Shown here piece by piece: positions 48,354-58,222 of a DNA stretch of 64,000 bases (positions are counted from its first letter, which is position 1; every line of letters begins with the position of its first letter). The stretch is from the IMG/VR virus record IMGVR_UViG_3300044712_001937, positions 248,001-312,000 of that record, one strand, 5' to 3'. The notes below the pieces were generated by a model. It was given only the letters and a program-made list of their open reading frames with translations. It did not search any database and was not told the origin of the DNA. The position numbers were made by a program, and so were the translations under genes.

Positions 48354-49190
48354 CTAAATTTGTCTTAATTCATTTAATAATTGAATACAAAGATTAGTTT
48401 GATTAGCCGATTGTGTTGAAATGAATTCAATTGTTTCTTTAGGATTAGTATCAATATTACTCCAATAATATTTAGATAATTCACTTTGTGATAATAATGT
48501 TGTACTTTTCTTTAAACCAAGAAAATCTGATATTAAAGACAATGTTGTACTACCATTATCAAAACCATTAAACTTATAAATATTCATCACATCGATAACA
48601 TCAGAATCCCAAGGTTTTGCACTTAATACTCTTTGTAATATATAAGGAATTTTATTTTTTATTTGAAGATTATCTCTGTTATTAAGAATTCTCTTTATCA
48701 ATAACGGAATATCACCATTCATGATATTATATCCACATAATGATGGAAAAAATTTAGGTGTTGATTGATTTCCACTAATAGATAATTGTTGTAATATATC
48801 TACAAATGCATTAATAACTCTTAATTCATCAATATCTGCAATATTTTTTATTGACCTTTTCAATTTACCATCTTCCATAAAAACAGTTGCATAAGTGATT
48901 GCAACTATTTTAGAAAATTCAGGATAATAAGAAGCATTTTCTTGATAAATATCATTTTGAATTATTTGATGTGAAGAATAATCATCAGTAACTATTTGAA
49001 TATTCTTAACGGGTTCAACAATATCAAATTTATATTTATTTTTAGAGATTTCTTTCCAATTATCAAACATTGGTTTATTACCAACTTCAAGTTTATCAAG
49101 AGTTGGGTAAATTAATACTGATTTAATATTAAAAAATAGCATTTCATAAATGCTTGCTTTGTTAAAAACATCTTCAAATAAAGTAGCCAT
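48354..49190 (-). CDS. DnaQ/PolB-exo-like protein, catalytic acids apparently lost
   Basis: CGYNIMNGDIPLLIKR, DVMNIYKF, LISDFLG; ExoI position reads FFNIKS instead of DIET. Confidence 0.65.
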   Translation of the reverse strand: MATLFEDVFNKASIYEMLFFNIKSVLIYPTLDKLEVGNKPMFDNWKEISKNKYKFDIVEPVKNIQIVTDDYSSHQIIQNDIYQENASYYPEFSKIVAITYATVFMEDGKLKRSIKNIADIDELRVINAFVDILQQLSISGNQSTPKFFPSLCGYNIMNGDIPLLIKRILNNRDNLQIKNKIPYILQRVLSAKPWDSDVIDVMNIYKFNGFDNGSTTLSLISDFLGLKKSTTLLSQSELSKYYWSNIDTNPKETIEFISTQSANQTNLCIQLLNELRQI

Positions 49191-49239
49191 AATAATTAGA
49201 TTAAATTGTTATTGATATGCAAATATAAATAAAAATTAT

Positions 49240-49590
49240 TTAGATATTAAATATAAATCTAAATAATTTAGATAAAAATGAACTTCTTTCTTGTTTAATT
49301 TGATTATAAATATCTCTAACATCTTCTATGGAATATGTCATTAAATCTTCGTCAGTATATTTATTTTCTGAATATTTTAATATATATGGTATTAGCTTAA
49401 CTTTTTCAATAGTTTGCCTATTTTTATTAGCTTCAATTTCTTTTAGATAAATTTTGCCCATTTCATCAAATTCATTGGCAATTTTCTTCTTTCTTCGATT
49501 AGTATCATCATTTAAAAATTCGTCAAATTGTAGATAATTTTCATTATCATCATCAGAATCTATAGATAATATATTTTTATTAATCGGCAT
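49240..49590 (-). CDS. Hypothetical protein
   Basis: 116-aa ORF. Confidence 0.65.
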   Translation of the reverse strand: MPINKNILSIDSDDDNENYLQFDEFLNDDTNRRKKKIANEFDEMGKIYLKEIEANKNRQTIEKVKLIPYILKYSENKYTDEDLMTYSIEDVRDIYNQIKQERSSFLSKLFRFIFNI

Positions 49591-50082
49591 TTATCCAACT
49601 TTTTCAATATTAGTAATAACAGTTACAGTATCAGCACTGGTTGTAGGAAATTTACCTTTTTTCGGCTTAAACTTAACTTCTTTTTTTATTGAATTATCGC
49701 TGATAGTTTTAAATGATTGTTGTTTTAAATCATCAAGTTCTTTATAAAATTTAGATGTTTCTTGTGTTAAATGTCTTTTCAATTCATCCATTTTATCATT
49801 AAATGCCTTTTCTTTTTGAGCAATTTCTTCATTAGTTTCAATAATTCTACCAACAAATAATACTAAATCATCAATAGATACATTTTGATGTATTGGTGAA
49901 ACATTTATTAATTTTCCTTCATCATTTTCAGAAATGATTTCACATTTAATATCACTATTACTCGCAAAAACCCAATTAGCAGGTAATCCAATTTCAAACT
50001 CATACCATCCATTGATAGTATCACGTGATATTAATATCAAATATCCAGTGATTGGTTCTAATGCATTTTCAATTATATTCAT
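49591..50082 (-). CDS. Hypothetical protein (start MNIIE at 50082)
   Basis: WYEFEIGLPANW, coiled-coil C-terminus. Confidence 0.65.
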   Translation of the reverse strand: MNIIENALEPITGYLILISRDTINGWYEFEIGLPANWVFASNSDIKCEIISENDEGKLINVSPIHQNVSIDDLVLFVGRIIETNEEIAQKEKAFNDKMDELKRHLTQETSKFYKELDDLKQQSFKTISDNSIKKEVKFKPKKGKFPTTSADTVTVITNIEKVG

Positions 50083-50086
50083 TAAT

Positions 50087-50281
50087 TTATAATAGATATG
50101 TAAAAAATATTGCAATTGCAATCCATAATGTAAATTTTTCAAATTGTGTTAACACAAATTTGGTTTCAGCATGTAACTTAAATCTTCCATAAGTTTTTAT
50201 AATTAAATCACCTAAGACATATATTATAAAAATTATGGAAGATATAAATAAAAACTGATATATTTCAGTTAATAAATTCAT
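50087..50281 (-). CDS. Small two-TM membrane protein
   Basis: Hydrophobic ends. Confidence 0.6.
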   Translation of the reverse strand: MNLLTEIYQFLFISSIIFIIYVLGDLIIKTYGRFKLHAETKFVLTQFEKFTLWIAIAIFFTYLL

Positions 50282-50556
50282 TATTCACCGTGTGATTGAC
50301 CTTGATGTACTACACCTGCAGGTTGATTTACTGGTTGACCAATAGCGACTTGTTGTTGTTCAGGTGCTTTAAAATATTGTTCAACTAAACCCATTTCAGC
50401 ATTTAAAATTGATATTTCTTGCAAAGAAGATTGCATTGCATTGATTTTATCTTTATAAACTGTGTTTGGGTCTTGTGCTAAACGCACTAATTCAATTTCT
50501 GCGTAATATTTATCATTACGAATTTTGTTTAAAAGGTCGAGCTTTAAATCTGCCAT
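50281..50556 (-). CDS. Hypothetical helical protein
   Basis: 91-aa ORF. Confidence 0.65.
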   Translation of the reverse strand: MADLKLDLLNKIRNDKYYAEIELVRLAQDPNTVYKDKINAMQSSLQEISILNAEMGLVEQYFKAPEQQQVAIGQPVNQPAGVVHQGQSHGE

Positions 50557-50631
50557 TTTTCATTATAAAATTATATAATATTATTTTTGTTTTGTAAAAA
50601 TAGATAATTATCATGCAAGATGCAAGGTTTT

Positions 50632-51048
50632 TTAAACTATTTCTAAAATATTTTTCTCATTATTAATTGATTTATCATATATGATATAAATCTCTAATAA
50701 TAAGTTTAATGTATTTTTATTTTTTTGTAAATCAATTTCAAAAATATTTCTCCAAAAATTCTCATAAAAAACTAATTTATTAATTTCGGGAATTTTATAA
50801 AACTGATGATAATAATAAGCATAATAATATTTTCTTAACTCATTATTATCTTTAAAATTAATATTCTCTTCAATAAATTCATCACATGTTTTATTAAAAC
50901 ACCAATTAAAATGGTTTTTTATATCAGTATCATTAGAAAGAGTTTCTTTATCAATATAATAGCTATATATATAATTTAATAGATTTATTGCAAAATCTTT
51001 ATAAATTTCTACTCTATCTCTAACAATCATATATTTTAAAGTTGCCAT
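50632..51048 (-). CDS. Hypothetical protein
   Basis: 138-aa Tyr/Phe-rich ORF. Confidence 0.65.
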   Translation of the reverse strand: MATLKYMIVRDRVEIYKDFAINLLNYIYSYYIDKETLSNDTDIKNHFNWCFNKTCDEFIEENINFKDNNELRKYYYAYYYHQFYKIPEINKLVFYENFWRNIFEIDLQKNKNTLNLLLEIYIIYDKSINNEKNILEIV

Positions 51049-51813
51049 TTATTTTAACGATTTTAACATCTCAATTAATTGAGGGTCAGGGTGACAATCT
51101 GATTTTCCATTACCTCTATAACTAACATGAGTCCAAATTCCCGGTTTACCAGTTAATGCCTCAGTATTAATATCCCACATTTTTTCGTTATAATCAAGAG
51201 GAATTTTATATTTTTCATTAAAATAAACTAAAAGTTTTCTTACAGATTCAATCTGTGCTGGAGTATATTTTTCATATGCATTAAATCCCATAAAACCTTT
51301 AGGGTATTCTTGAACATTTTCTGCAGGTATTGGTTTTACTTTAGTGTTTGCAATATAATTTTTTAAACTATCTACATATAAAGCAGGATACCACTGATTT
51401 TTTAATTTAATTAAACCTCCCCATGCATCTATTTCAATTCCAATTGTTGTTTTATTTAAAGCAAGATTATTAGATGTTTTTAATCCTAAATGATGTGCCC
51501 AATATTGAGAAGAAAAACATTGATAAATCTTTCCATCCCAACCAATAATTAATGCAGTACCAATTCTATCTGCTGTTTCTCTCCACCAACTAATATCACC
51601 ATCAACACCTTGACCTGATACTGTATGATGTATAACAATTTGAGTTTTATTAGTTTGTTCTTTCATATATTGATTTTCGGGAAAATCAACTTGAATAATT
51701 TCATTAAGATTTAATTTATTAATTAAACTTAATTTTTCTGCATCTTTAAATTTAAGAGCTTGTTTTTGACTATCTTTAAAAAGACCAAATGTTAATTTAT
51801 TATTACTAATCAT
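51049..51813 (-). CDS. N-acetylmuramoyl-L-alanine amidase (Amidase_2), probable endolysin
   Basis: IVIHHT, WAHHLG, IGIEI, YTPAQ, WTHVSY, KSDCHP; class B promoter 51831-51838. Confidence 0.88.
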   Translation of the reverse strand: MISNNKLTFGLFKDSQKQALKFKDAEKLSLINKLNLNEIIQVDFPENQYMKEQTNKTQIVIHHTVSGQGVDGDISWWRETADRIGTALIIGWDGKIYQCFSSQYWAHHLGLKTSNNLALNKTTIGIEIDAWGGLIKLKNQWYPALYVDSLKNYIANTKVKPIPAENVQEYPKGFMGFNAYEKYTPAQIESVRKLLVYFNEKYKIPLDYNEKMWDINTEALTGKPGIWTHVSYRGNGKSDCHPDPQLIEMLKSLK

Positions 51814-51867
51814 AATATTTTTATTTTCCCATAAATACTCATAATTTTTTTTTATACTTTTTTATAA

Positions 51868-51900
51868 AAAAAGAGGTGTTAATTATCTTAACACCTCTTT
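51868..51900 (-). terminator. Intrinsic terminator
   Basis: AAGAGGTGTTAA/TTAACACCTCTT stem plus T-run on minus. Confidence 0.75.
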
Positions 51901-51929
51901 ACAAATATAAATATTATTTATCTAAATAG

Positions 51930-52298
51930 CTACTGTTTAATATAAAATTTATCGACTAAATTTTCATATTCCTCTTTAGTTACACCAAGTTCTTTACGAA
52001 TTTTATTAAGTCTAATATTATTTAATATAACTGCACTAAATAAATATAAAACTAATGATGCTAAAACAATACCAAAAACATAAGTAGCAATACCAATTAT
52101 TAATTTTGATACATTTAATATAGTTCCTATAAATCCAACTAAAAATAAACCAATTAATATATATGATATTGTTTTACTTAATTTAATATCTTTTTCAGTT
52201 GTTGATTGAGAAAAATATTTATATGCAAATTTAATCCAACCATTTGGTGAATATTTGTTATATGCTTTATCAAATTCTTCTTTAGTTATTTCTTTCAT
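51930..52298 (-). CDS. Two-TM membrane protein
   Basis: Hydrophobic segments; lies upstream of the amidase. Confidence 0.6.
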   Translation of the reverse strand: MKEITKEEFDKAYNKYSPNGWIKFAYKYFSQSTTEKDIKLSKTISYILIGLFLVGFIGTILNVSKLIIGIATYVFGIVLASLVLYLFSAVILNNIRLNKIRKELGVTKEEYENLVDKFYIKQ

Positions 52299-52299
52299 A

Positions 52300-55200
52300 T
52301 TAAAATCCTCTATTCTTTTTTACATTAATTGTATTTGTAAAATTATTTGGTTTATATCCAAGTAAATGTTTCATTTTATCAACTTGTTCATTAACTACAG
52401 GTTTAGATTCAATTTTAGCATTTTCATTTAAAACTTGAGCTTTATTTTTTATAACAAAAATTTCTTTTCCATTAGTATAAAATTTATTTGCAGATATTAT
52501 AGAATCTACGCTTTCATTCACACTTACTTTATAATTTTCAGTTCTACTAATATATTTATTACCAAATCCTGTAAAATCTAATTCAAATAAACCAGTTTGT
52601 CTTGCAGTATCTGAAGGAGTTGTTAATTCAACAGCTTCTTTTAATTGAAAATCAATAATATGTTTTTTACCTAATAAATCTTCATATCTTCCTGTAATCA
52701 TTGATTCACTTAAACCATTTTCATCATTCCATTTAGATTTATTTTTATCATATTGTGTGGTTTTAACTGCAGTAGGTTCAGTTGGTTGAGCATCTTTATT
52801 ATACATAGATTGATGAGATTTATATTCCATTTGTTCTTGTCTCATATCATAAATTTTATCGCCCATATCTGCTTTCATTCTATCTTCAAATTTTTGATTA
52901 GGTTTATTATCATAAACCAAACTATGTTGACCATTACGCATCATATCAACTGAATGTTGTTCATCTGAAGTCATATTACGTTTAGGAATTTCATTTCCTT
53001 TATCATTAGCAGAATCACCAACATTTTCAAATGATTGTCCTTTAGTTTTTTTAATCATAGTATCTTCAATATCCTGACCTAATTTTTGTGGGTCATCACC
53101 AATTTCAGTTTGTTGGTCTTTATATTGTAATTCTTTTTGAATATCAATAATTTCTTTAGTTCCACTTTGATTTAAATCTTTTTTGAAATTAGCTTTATTT
53201 TCATCGCCTAATCTATCTTTCATAATTAGTGATGATGGTTTTCTTTCTTCTGCCATAATTTTTAGTTTATTATGAAAAATTGAATATGCTTCCAATTCTT
53301 CATTTATTTCTTTAAATAATTTTTCATTAGCTTCTTCCATAGCACTTCCACCTCCACTTGTAGAAGACATACCCATTTGTAAACCACTTGGTTGGTCTCC
53401 TGCTGGTTGTTGTTTATTTGCCATAGTCATTTGAGATGGATTAACCATAGATTGACTATCTTCACCAATAATTTCTAATGCACGTGGGTCTTGTTGCCAA
53501 TTATAATTAGATATACTTAATTTTGATTTTAGATTACCTGCAATTTTTTCTGCCTGACCTTGATTACCTTGCTTCATTGCTAAATTATAATCCATACCTG
53601 CTTTTTCAATAGCTTGTTTAGGGTCTAAATTTTGATAAAAATTCATTTCTTCGCTCATATTAGGTTGGGGAATTTCTTTATTTTGATTTATAAATTCTAA
53701 AAAATCTGGTGCTATTGTACCAAGCATATATTCAACAGTATTAATGAAATTTACATCATCAAAACTTTCACCCAATTCTTCCATTTTTTCTAAAATTTCA
53801 GAAATTCCTTTCCAGTTTGCATCAGTATAATCTGGATGTATTTCCAAAAATTTAGCAACTAAAGGATGATTAGGTGCTGTTCTTGATATTTGAGCATTTT
53901 CAGCAATTTGAATTAATTCATTAATTCTTGCTTCATTAATTATATTTTTTTTCATATTTTCATTTATATTAGATTCTTGTATATTCATTTCTTCTTGCCA
54001 TCTTGAATAATCGTAAACTAAATCAGTACCATATCTATATACTCCGATATCAATTTTTCCATTTGGATATTTTGCATTTACAAATTGCCATCTATCACCA
54101 CCCATATTGAACACATTTTCACCATTTCTATCAGAAACATATTCAACAACATCGTGTAAACTTAATACTTCATTTATTTTCTTCTTCTTTTCAGGTAAAC
54201 CTTTATGTTTTGTAGATGCAAAATCTTCTACATCAGTAGGGTCTACAGTATTTGCAATTTTTTTAACTGCACCACCAACTTTACTTGGACTTAATTCACC
54301 TTTTTGAACAGCATGAGCCATTCCAAATAATTTTTGTTGAGCTTTAGATTTAGCTTCTTCATCAATACTATTATTTTCTTCCATAGTACTTAAATTAGCT
54401 TTATCCCAAGTATGAGTTTTCATATCACCATCAATAGTGTTAATATCTTTATTTGACATATTTTTAGTTTCATTTCCATATGCATCTGAATTATTACTAA
54501 TAAAATCAATTTTTTCTTCTCTACTATCAATAGATAAATCTGCTTCATTTAACATATTAAAAAATTCTTCAAATCCATTAGTTTCAATTAAATAATTGCT
54601 TTCAGCAATTACACTACCACCTTGCCAAATTGGTTTACGAATAGGATTAGCTCTACCACTACCTTTACCACTTTTTTTAAAATCACCACTTAAATCACCA
54701 CTTTTACTCCAAGCAGCAGGACCTGCATATGCACCTGAACTTCCAGCACCTGTAGTTTCATCAACTGCTTTTTGTTGATAACCTAATGACGGAGAAAATG
54801 CACCTGAACTTGCAGCACCTGTAGACTCATTTTCTTCAGGTTTATATGCTGGATTTTTTGCAGGTTTAAATTTAGGAATTTCACCTACTTTACTTTGAGT
54901 TTCTTCACCTGCTTTTTTTAATTGATTAATTCCGCTTTTATCACGTCTTTTCTTTTTCTTAGGAACAGCCATTTTATATTTTTGCAAATATTTTGGACTA
55001 TTAAGAATATAATCATTAAAAATCATATTCATGATAGTTTCATTATAATGATAACCATATTTTTCTTCACCATTTTCAGCCATTTGTTCATAAACTGAAG
55101 TAAGTTTAGGGTCTGAAAATACTAAAGTTTCCATTTTAGCTAAACTAAAAATCTTTTTCTTAATTGATTGTTCAACTTCGCTTAATAATGAATCAGCTTC

Positions 55201-55314
55201 ATCTAATTTAACATTATATTTAGCCATAGTACTATCAAAATTTTTTTCAAAATTTTTAGATAATTTACCAACAGGTTTTTTTATCGTAGGTTTAAAATTT
55301 TTAATGTCGCCCAT
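52300..55314 (-). CDS. 1004-aa mosaic protein with an internal DUF3008-like domain; probable virion internal/core protein
   Basis: AKSKAQQKLFG...EDFASTKHKGLP; many I/L-x-E motifs; Gly/Ser-rich repeats. Confidence 0.6.
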   Translation of the reverse strand: MGDIKNFKPTIKKPVGKLSKNFEKNFDSTMAKYNVKLDEADSLLSEVEQSIKKKIFSLAKMETLVFSDPKLTSVYEQMAENGEEKYGYHYNETIMNMIFNDYILNSPKYLQKYKMAVPKKKKRRDKSGINQLKKAGEETQSKVGEIPKFKPAKNPAYKPEENESTGAASSGAFSPSLGYQQKAVDETTGAGSSGAYAGPAAWSKSGDLSGDFKKSGKGSGRANPIRKPIWQGGSVIAESNYLIETNGFEEFFNMLNEADLSIDSREEKIDFISNNSDAYGNETKNMSNKDINTIDGDMKTHTWDKANLSTMEENNSIDEEAKSKAQQKLFGMAHAVQKGELSPSKVGGAVKKIANTVDPTDVEDFASTKHKGLPEKKKKINEVLSLHDVVEYVSDRNGENVFNMGGDRWQFVNAKYPNGKIDIGVYRYGTDLVYDYSRWQEEMNIQESNINENMKKNIINEARINELIQIAENAQISRTAPNHPLVAKFLEIHPDYTDANWKGISEILEKMEELGESFDDVNFINTVEYMLGTIAPDFLEFINQNKEIPQPNMSEEMNFYQNLDPKQAIEKAGMDYNLAMKQGNQGQAEKIAGNLKSKLSISNYNWQQDPRALEIIGEDSQSMVNPSQMTMANKQQPAGDQPSGLQMGMSSTSGGGSAMEEANEKLFKEINEELEAYSIFHNKLKIMAEERKPSSLIMKDRLGDENKANFKKDLNQSGTKEIIDIQKELQYKDQQTEIGDDPQKLGQDIEDTMIKKTKGQSFENVGDSANDKGNEIPKRNMTSDEQHSVDMMRNGQHSLVYDNKPNQKFEDRMKADMGDKIYDMRQEQMEYKSHQSMYNKDAQPTEPTAVKTTQYDKNKSKWNDENGLSESMITGRYEDLLGKKHIIDFQLKEAVELTTPSDTARQTGLFELDFTGFGNKYISRTENYKVSVNESVDSIISANKFYTNGKEIFVIKNKAQVLNENAKIESKPVVNEQVDKMKHLLGYKPNNFTNTINVKKNRGF

Positions 55315-55321
55315 TTTATAG

Positions 55322-55528
55322 TTATTTAATATCAGTCTTCCAAAAATCTCTTTTTTGCCATAATACTTTATACACTGATTCTAATGAATCTTTTATTGTT
55401 TTAATCAATTCATCCCTTGATTGAGTGTTTTTATTATGTAGCATGTTTTTTATTTCTTTATCAAGAGAAGTAGTAATGAATTTTTTAAGTTCATCATTAA
55501 CAATCTCTTTAATAGTATTTTTGTCCAT
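55322..55528 (-). CDS. Small probable late protein
   Basis: 68 aa; class B promoter 55548-55555. Confidence 0.6.
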   Translation of the reverse strand: MDKNTIKEIVNDELKKFITTSLDKEIKNMLHNKNTQSRDELIKTIKDSLESVYKVLWQKRDFWKTDIK

Positions 55529-55575
55529 ATATAATTATCAGTTAATCATAAATACTTCCGGAGTACAAAAAATTG

Positions 55576-55622
55576 ATAATAAATAAAAAGAACGTATAAA
55601 TTTAACTATACGTTCTTTTCTT
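55576..55622 (-). terminator. Intrinsic terminator
   Basis: AAAAGAACGTATA/TATACGTTCTTTT stem. Confidence 0.7.
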
Positions 55623-55649
55623 TATGAGAATATATTTGAAATGTAATAT

Positions 55650-56444
55650 TTATTTGATTAAATAAATTCCAATACCTGCACCAACTACACCAGCAATACC
55701 AACAGAAATCACAGCATTTTTATTTTTATTCGCCCAATTACCTATTTTTTGCCAAAAATTAGGGTCTAAATCAGATTTTTTTAAATTTGGTATAGCATAA
55801 CTATCAATATTTACAACCTTAAAATATTTATTAGAATTACTTACACTAAATGAAATAGGATATCCTTTTTTCTTATCATTTTTCCAATGAAATTCAATAA
55901 ATTGTTTATTAGGCATTTGAAACATATTAAAAGTTAATGTTGGAAGTGTATCTTTATATGCAGGTAAAGCTTTTCCAACAGTAAAAACATATTTTAAATC
56001 TTTCGATGTTGTATCAGAAAATATTATATTTTTTTTACTAATATTAACTTCAGTATTTCCTTTATGAATTAATGAATCAAGAGAAATTTGAGTAGAAATT
56101 AAAGCTGCAGTTATGATTGAATTATCTTTTTGAATTTGTTTAATTCTTGCTAATAATTCTAATTGAGAATTAGTTAAATCACTATTTATTTTTTCAAGAT
56201 TTTTTATACTTGCTTGAATTGTTAATTTTTCAGCAACCCATTCTTTTTCTTTATTTTGATAAAAAGTAACTTTATCAAGTAGTGCATCTTTTAATTTCTT
56301 CTCAGCTTCGAGCTTATCTTGTAAGTTATTAACTTTATTTTGATAAAGTTTCCAACCACCACCAAATACTAACAATATTATTGCTGCTATCAGTAATATA
56401 GTTGTTAGATTGACATTTAATTTAATTTCGGTAATTTTTGCCAT
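55650..56444 (-). CDS. Membrane-anchored coiled-coil protein (spanin-like candidate)
   Basis: N-terminal TM, coiled coil, C-terminal hydrophobic GIAGVVGAGIG. Confidence 0.5.
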   Translation of the reverse strand: MAKITEIKLNVNLTTILLIAAIILLVFGGGWKLYQNKVNNLQDKLEAEKKLKDALLDKVTFYQNKEKEWVAEKLTIQASIKNLEKINSDLTNSQLELLARIKQIQKDNSIITAALISTQISLDSLIHKGNTEVNISKKNIIFSDTTSKDLKYVFTVGKALPAYKDTLPTLTFNMFQMPNKQFIEFHWKNDKKKGYPISFSVSNSNKYFKVVNIDSYAIPNLKKSDLDPNFWQKIGNWANKNKNAVISVGIAGVVGAGIGIYLIK

Positions 56445-56447
56445 ATG

Positions 56448-56942
56448 TTAAGAGTTTTGTTCTAATACATTATCTCTCCAATATTTATAGAATATATCAT
56501 AATAAGATTTAATTCTTTCAATAATTTCTTGATTATCAGGATTATCTTCTGAAAAATCTGGAGTTTTATCTATAGTTACTGTACTTGTTGCTTCATCAGG
56601 AGTTGCTTGAAATGTAAACATAAGTACTCCATCAATTACACCTGTCCAGAGAACAGCATCCGCAAATACTTTTAAATCGCCAAAAATTATATTTACATTA
56701 AAATCTTTAAAGAATTGTCTAAATTTATCTTCTTCAGCTTTTTGGTCGAAAGCAGTTTCCATATTTTGGGTATTTTCTTCACTATCATTATTAAAATCTT
56801 CGTTTAATCTACGTGTTATTTTAAGCATATCACGCATACTTAGATTTTTATTTTCTTTCTTATCATTTTCACCTATAATATAACCACCTTTTCGCATTTT
56901 AGATAAAAGTGACCTTGCATCATTATAATTAGTTTTCTTCAT
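56448..56942 (-). CDS. Probable late/virion protein
   Basis: RRLNEDF; class B promoter 56957-56964. Confidence 0.6.
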   Translation of the reverse strand: MKKTNYNDARSLLSKMRKGGYIIGENDKKENKNLSMRDMLKITRRLNEDFNNDSEENTQNMETAFDQKAEEDKFRQFFKDFNVNIIFGDLKVFADAVLWTGVIDGVLMFTFQATPDEATSTVTIDKTPDFSEDNPDNQEIIERIKSYYDIFYKYWRDNVLEQNS

Positions 56943-56972
56943 ATATTAAATTTATTATAAATACTAATATTT

Positions 56973-57587
56973 TTAATCCAGCATTTCATGTCTTTCATTT
57001 ATCACATTTTCAAGTAAATTTGCAAGCCATTTCCAAACTTTCTTTTTATCTTCATCATTTATTCTTATTCCCTTTTCTTCTGCTTTAGATATCTCTAAAT
57101 TATCATATGCATACCATTCATATTTATCACCTTTACTACCTTTACGTAATTTATTACCTGCTTCAACAGGAGGTATTATTATATAACAATGATATAAACC
57201 TTTATAATTTCTTTCTAAATCCCAAACATATTCAGGTTTATGTGATTTTTTCCATTCATCACCTTTAATAATACCATATTCATTTTTAAACTCAAGTCTA
57301 AAATACATAACAGGCATTTCCCAATCACCACCAGCTTCCATAAGCTCGGCATTTATTTCATATTTAACAGGTTGGTCTTTACGTAAATTCTTTTTTAAAT
57401 AAAATGTTTTCTTTTGACCTGTAGAATCATCATTCTCTAAATCAAATGCAATTTTCTGAAAATTTTTAGCTTCTTTCATTTTTTCATCCCAAGCATCATT
57501 TGCAATAGAATGATAATCGAAAATTTCCTTTTTTTTATCTTTAGTTATAGCAGAAATTTCTTCATTTATAATTTTAATTAAATCCAT
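56973..57587 (-). CDS. Probable late/virion protein
   Basis: MDLIKIINEEI N-terminus; class B promoter 57601-57608. Confidence 0.6.
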   Translation of the reverse strand: MDLIKIINEEISAITKDKKKEIFDYHSIANDAWDEKMKEAKNFQKIAFDLENDDSTGQKKTFYLKKNLRKDQPVKYEINAELMEAGGDWEMPVMYFRLEFKNEYGIIKGDEWKKSHKPEYVWDLERNYKGLYHCYIIIPPVEAGNKLRKGSKGDKYEWYAYDNLEISKAEEKGIRINDEDKKKVWKWLANLLENVINERHEMLD

Positions 57588-57610
57588 CTTAAAATTTTTT
57601 ATAAATACTT

Positions 57611-58222
57611 TTAAATAAATTCATTTCTTAGCATTTCATTAAATTTCTGAATATCAAACAACGGACTTATATCGCTACTATCTTCAGCATAATTTCCTCT
57701 AAATACAATACCCCGGAATTTAATAATATCTTTATGGTAATGATTAAAATCAACACAAATTCTTGGAATATTATGCCTTTCACAAATATCTTTACATAAT
57801 AGAAGTAAATTTTCAATTTGTTTATCAGTATAATTCTCCCAATAATTATATGTTAGCCACTTTTTTTCAATCACATTTTCGACATTACAAATTTCATTTA
57901 GCCAATTTACATATCCAATTTCAGGTAATTTATATAATGAACCCATATTTTCAAGAACAATGGATATACTTTGTTTATCAGCTTCTTTTATATTAAGAAA
58001 ATCACTATGTAATTTATCATCATAATGTTGATATATAATTCCATCTCTGGAAATAGTATATGTATTCCATCTTTTAGTTTTACCATAATCTTTATGTAAC
58101 AATCTTTTAATATGATTATTATCTTTACGTAAACTTGATGCAATAATTATTTGCCTTTTAGCTATTTTTGTTTTATAAATATTTTCTTCTTTTACTTGAT
58201 ATGTTATATTATCTATAATCAT
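57611..58222 (-). CDS. Amidase_2-fold protein lacking Zn ligands (pseudo-amidase)
   Basis: YTISRDGIIYQ, SISIVLEN, YTDKQ, DISP; His/Cys ligands absent. Confidence 0.7.
   Translation of the reverse strand: MIIDNITYQVKEENIYKTKIAKRQIIIASSLRKDNNHIKRLLHKDYGKTKRWNTYTISRDGIIYQHYDDKLHSDFLNIKEADKQSISIVLENMGSLYKLPEIGYVNWLNEICNVENVIEKKWLTYNYWENYTDKQIENLLLLCKDICERHNIPRICVDFNHYHKDIIKFRGIVFRGNYAEDSSDISPLFDIQKFNEMLRNEFI

Noticed and set aside
51930-52298. Holin assignment
   Set aside because: Two TMs and a position next to the amidase are suggestive, but a terminator separates the genes and there is no diagnostic motif
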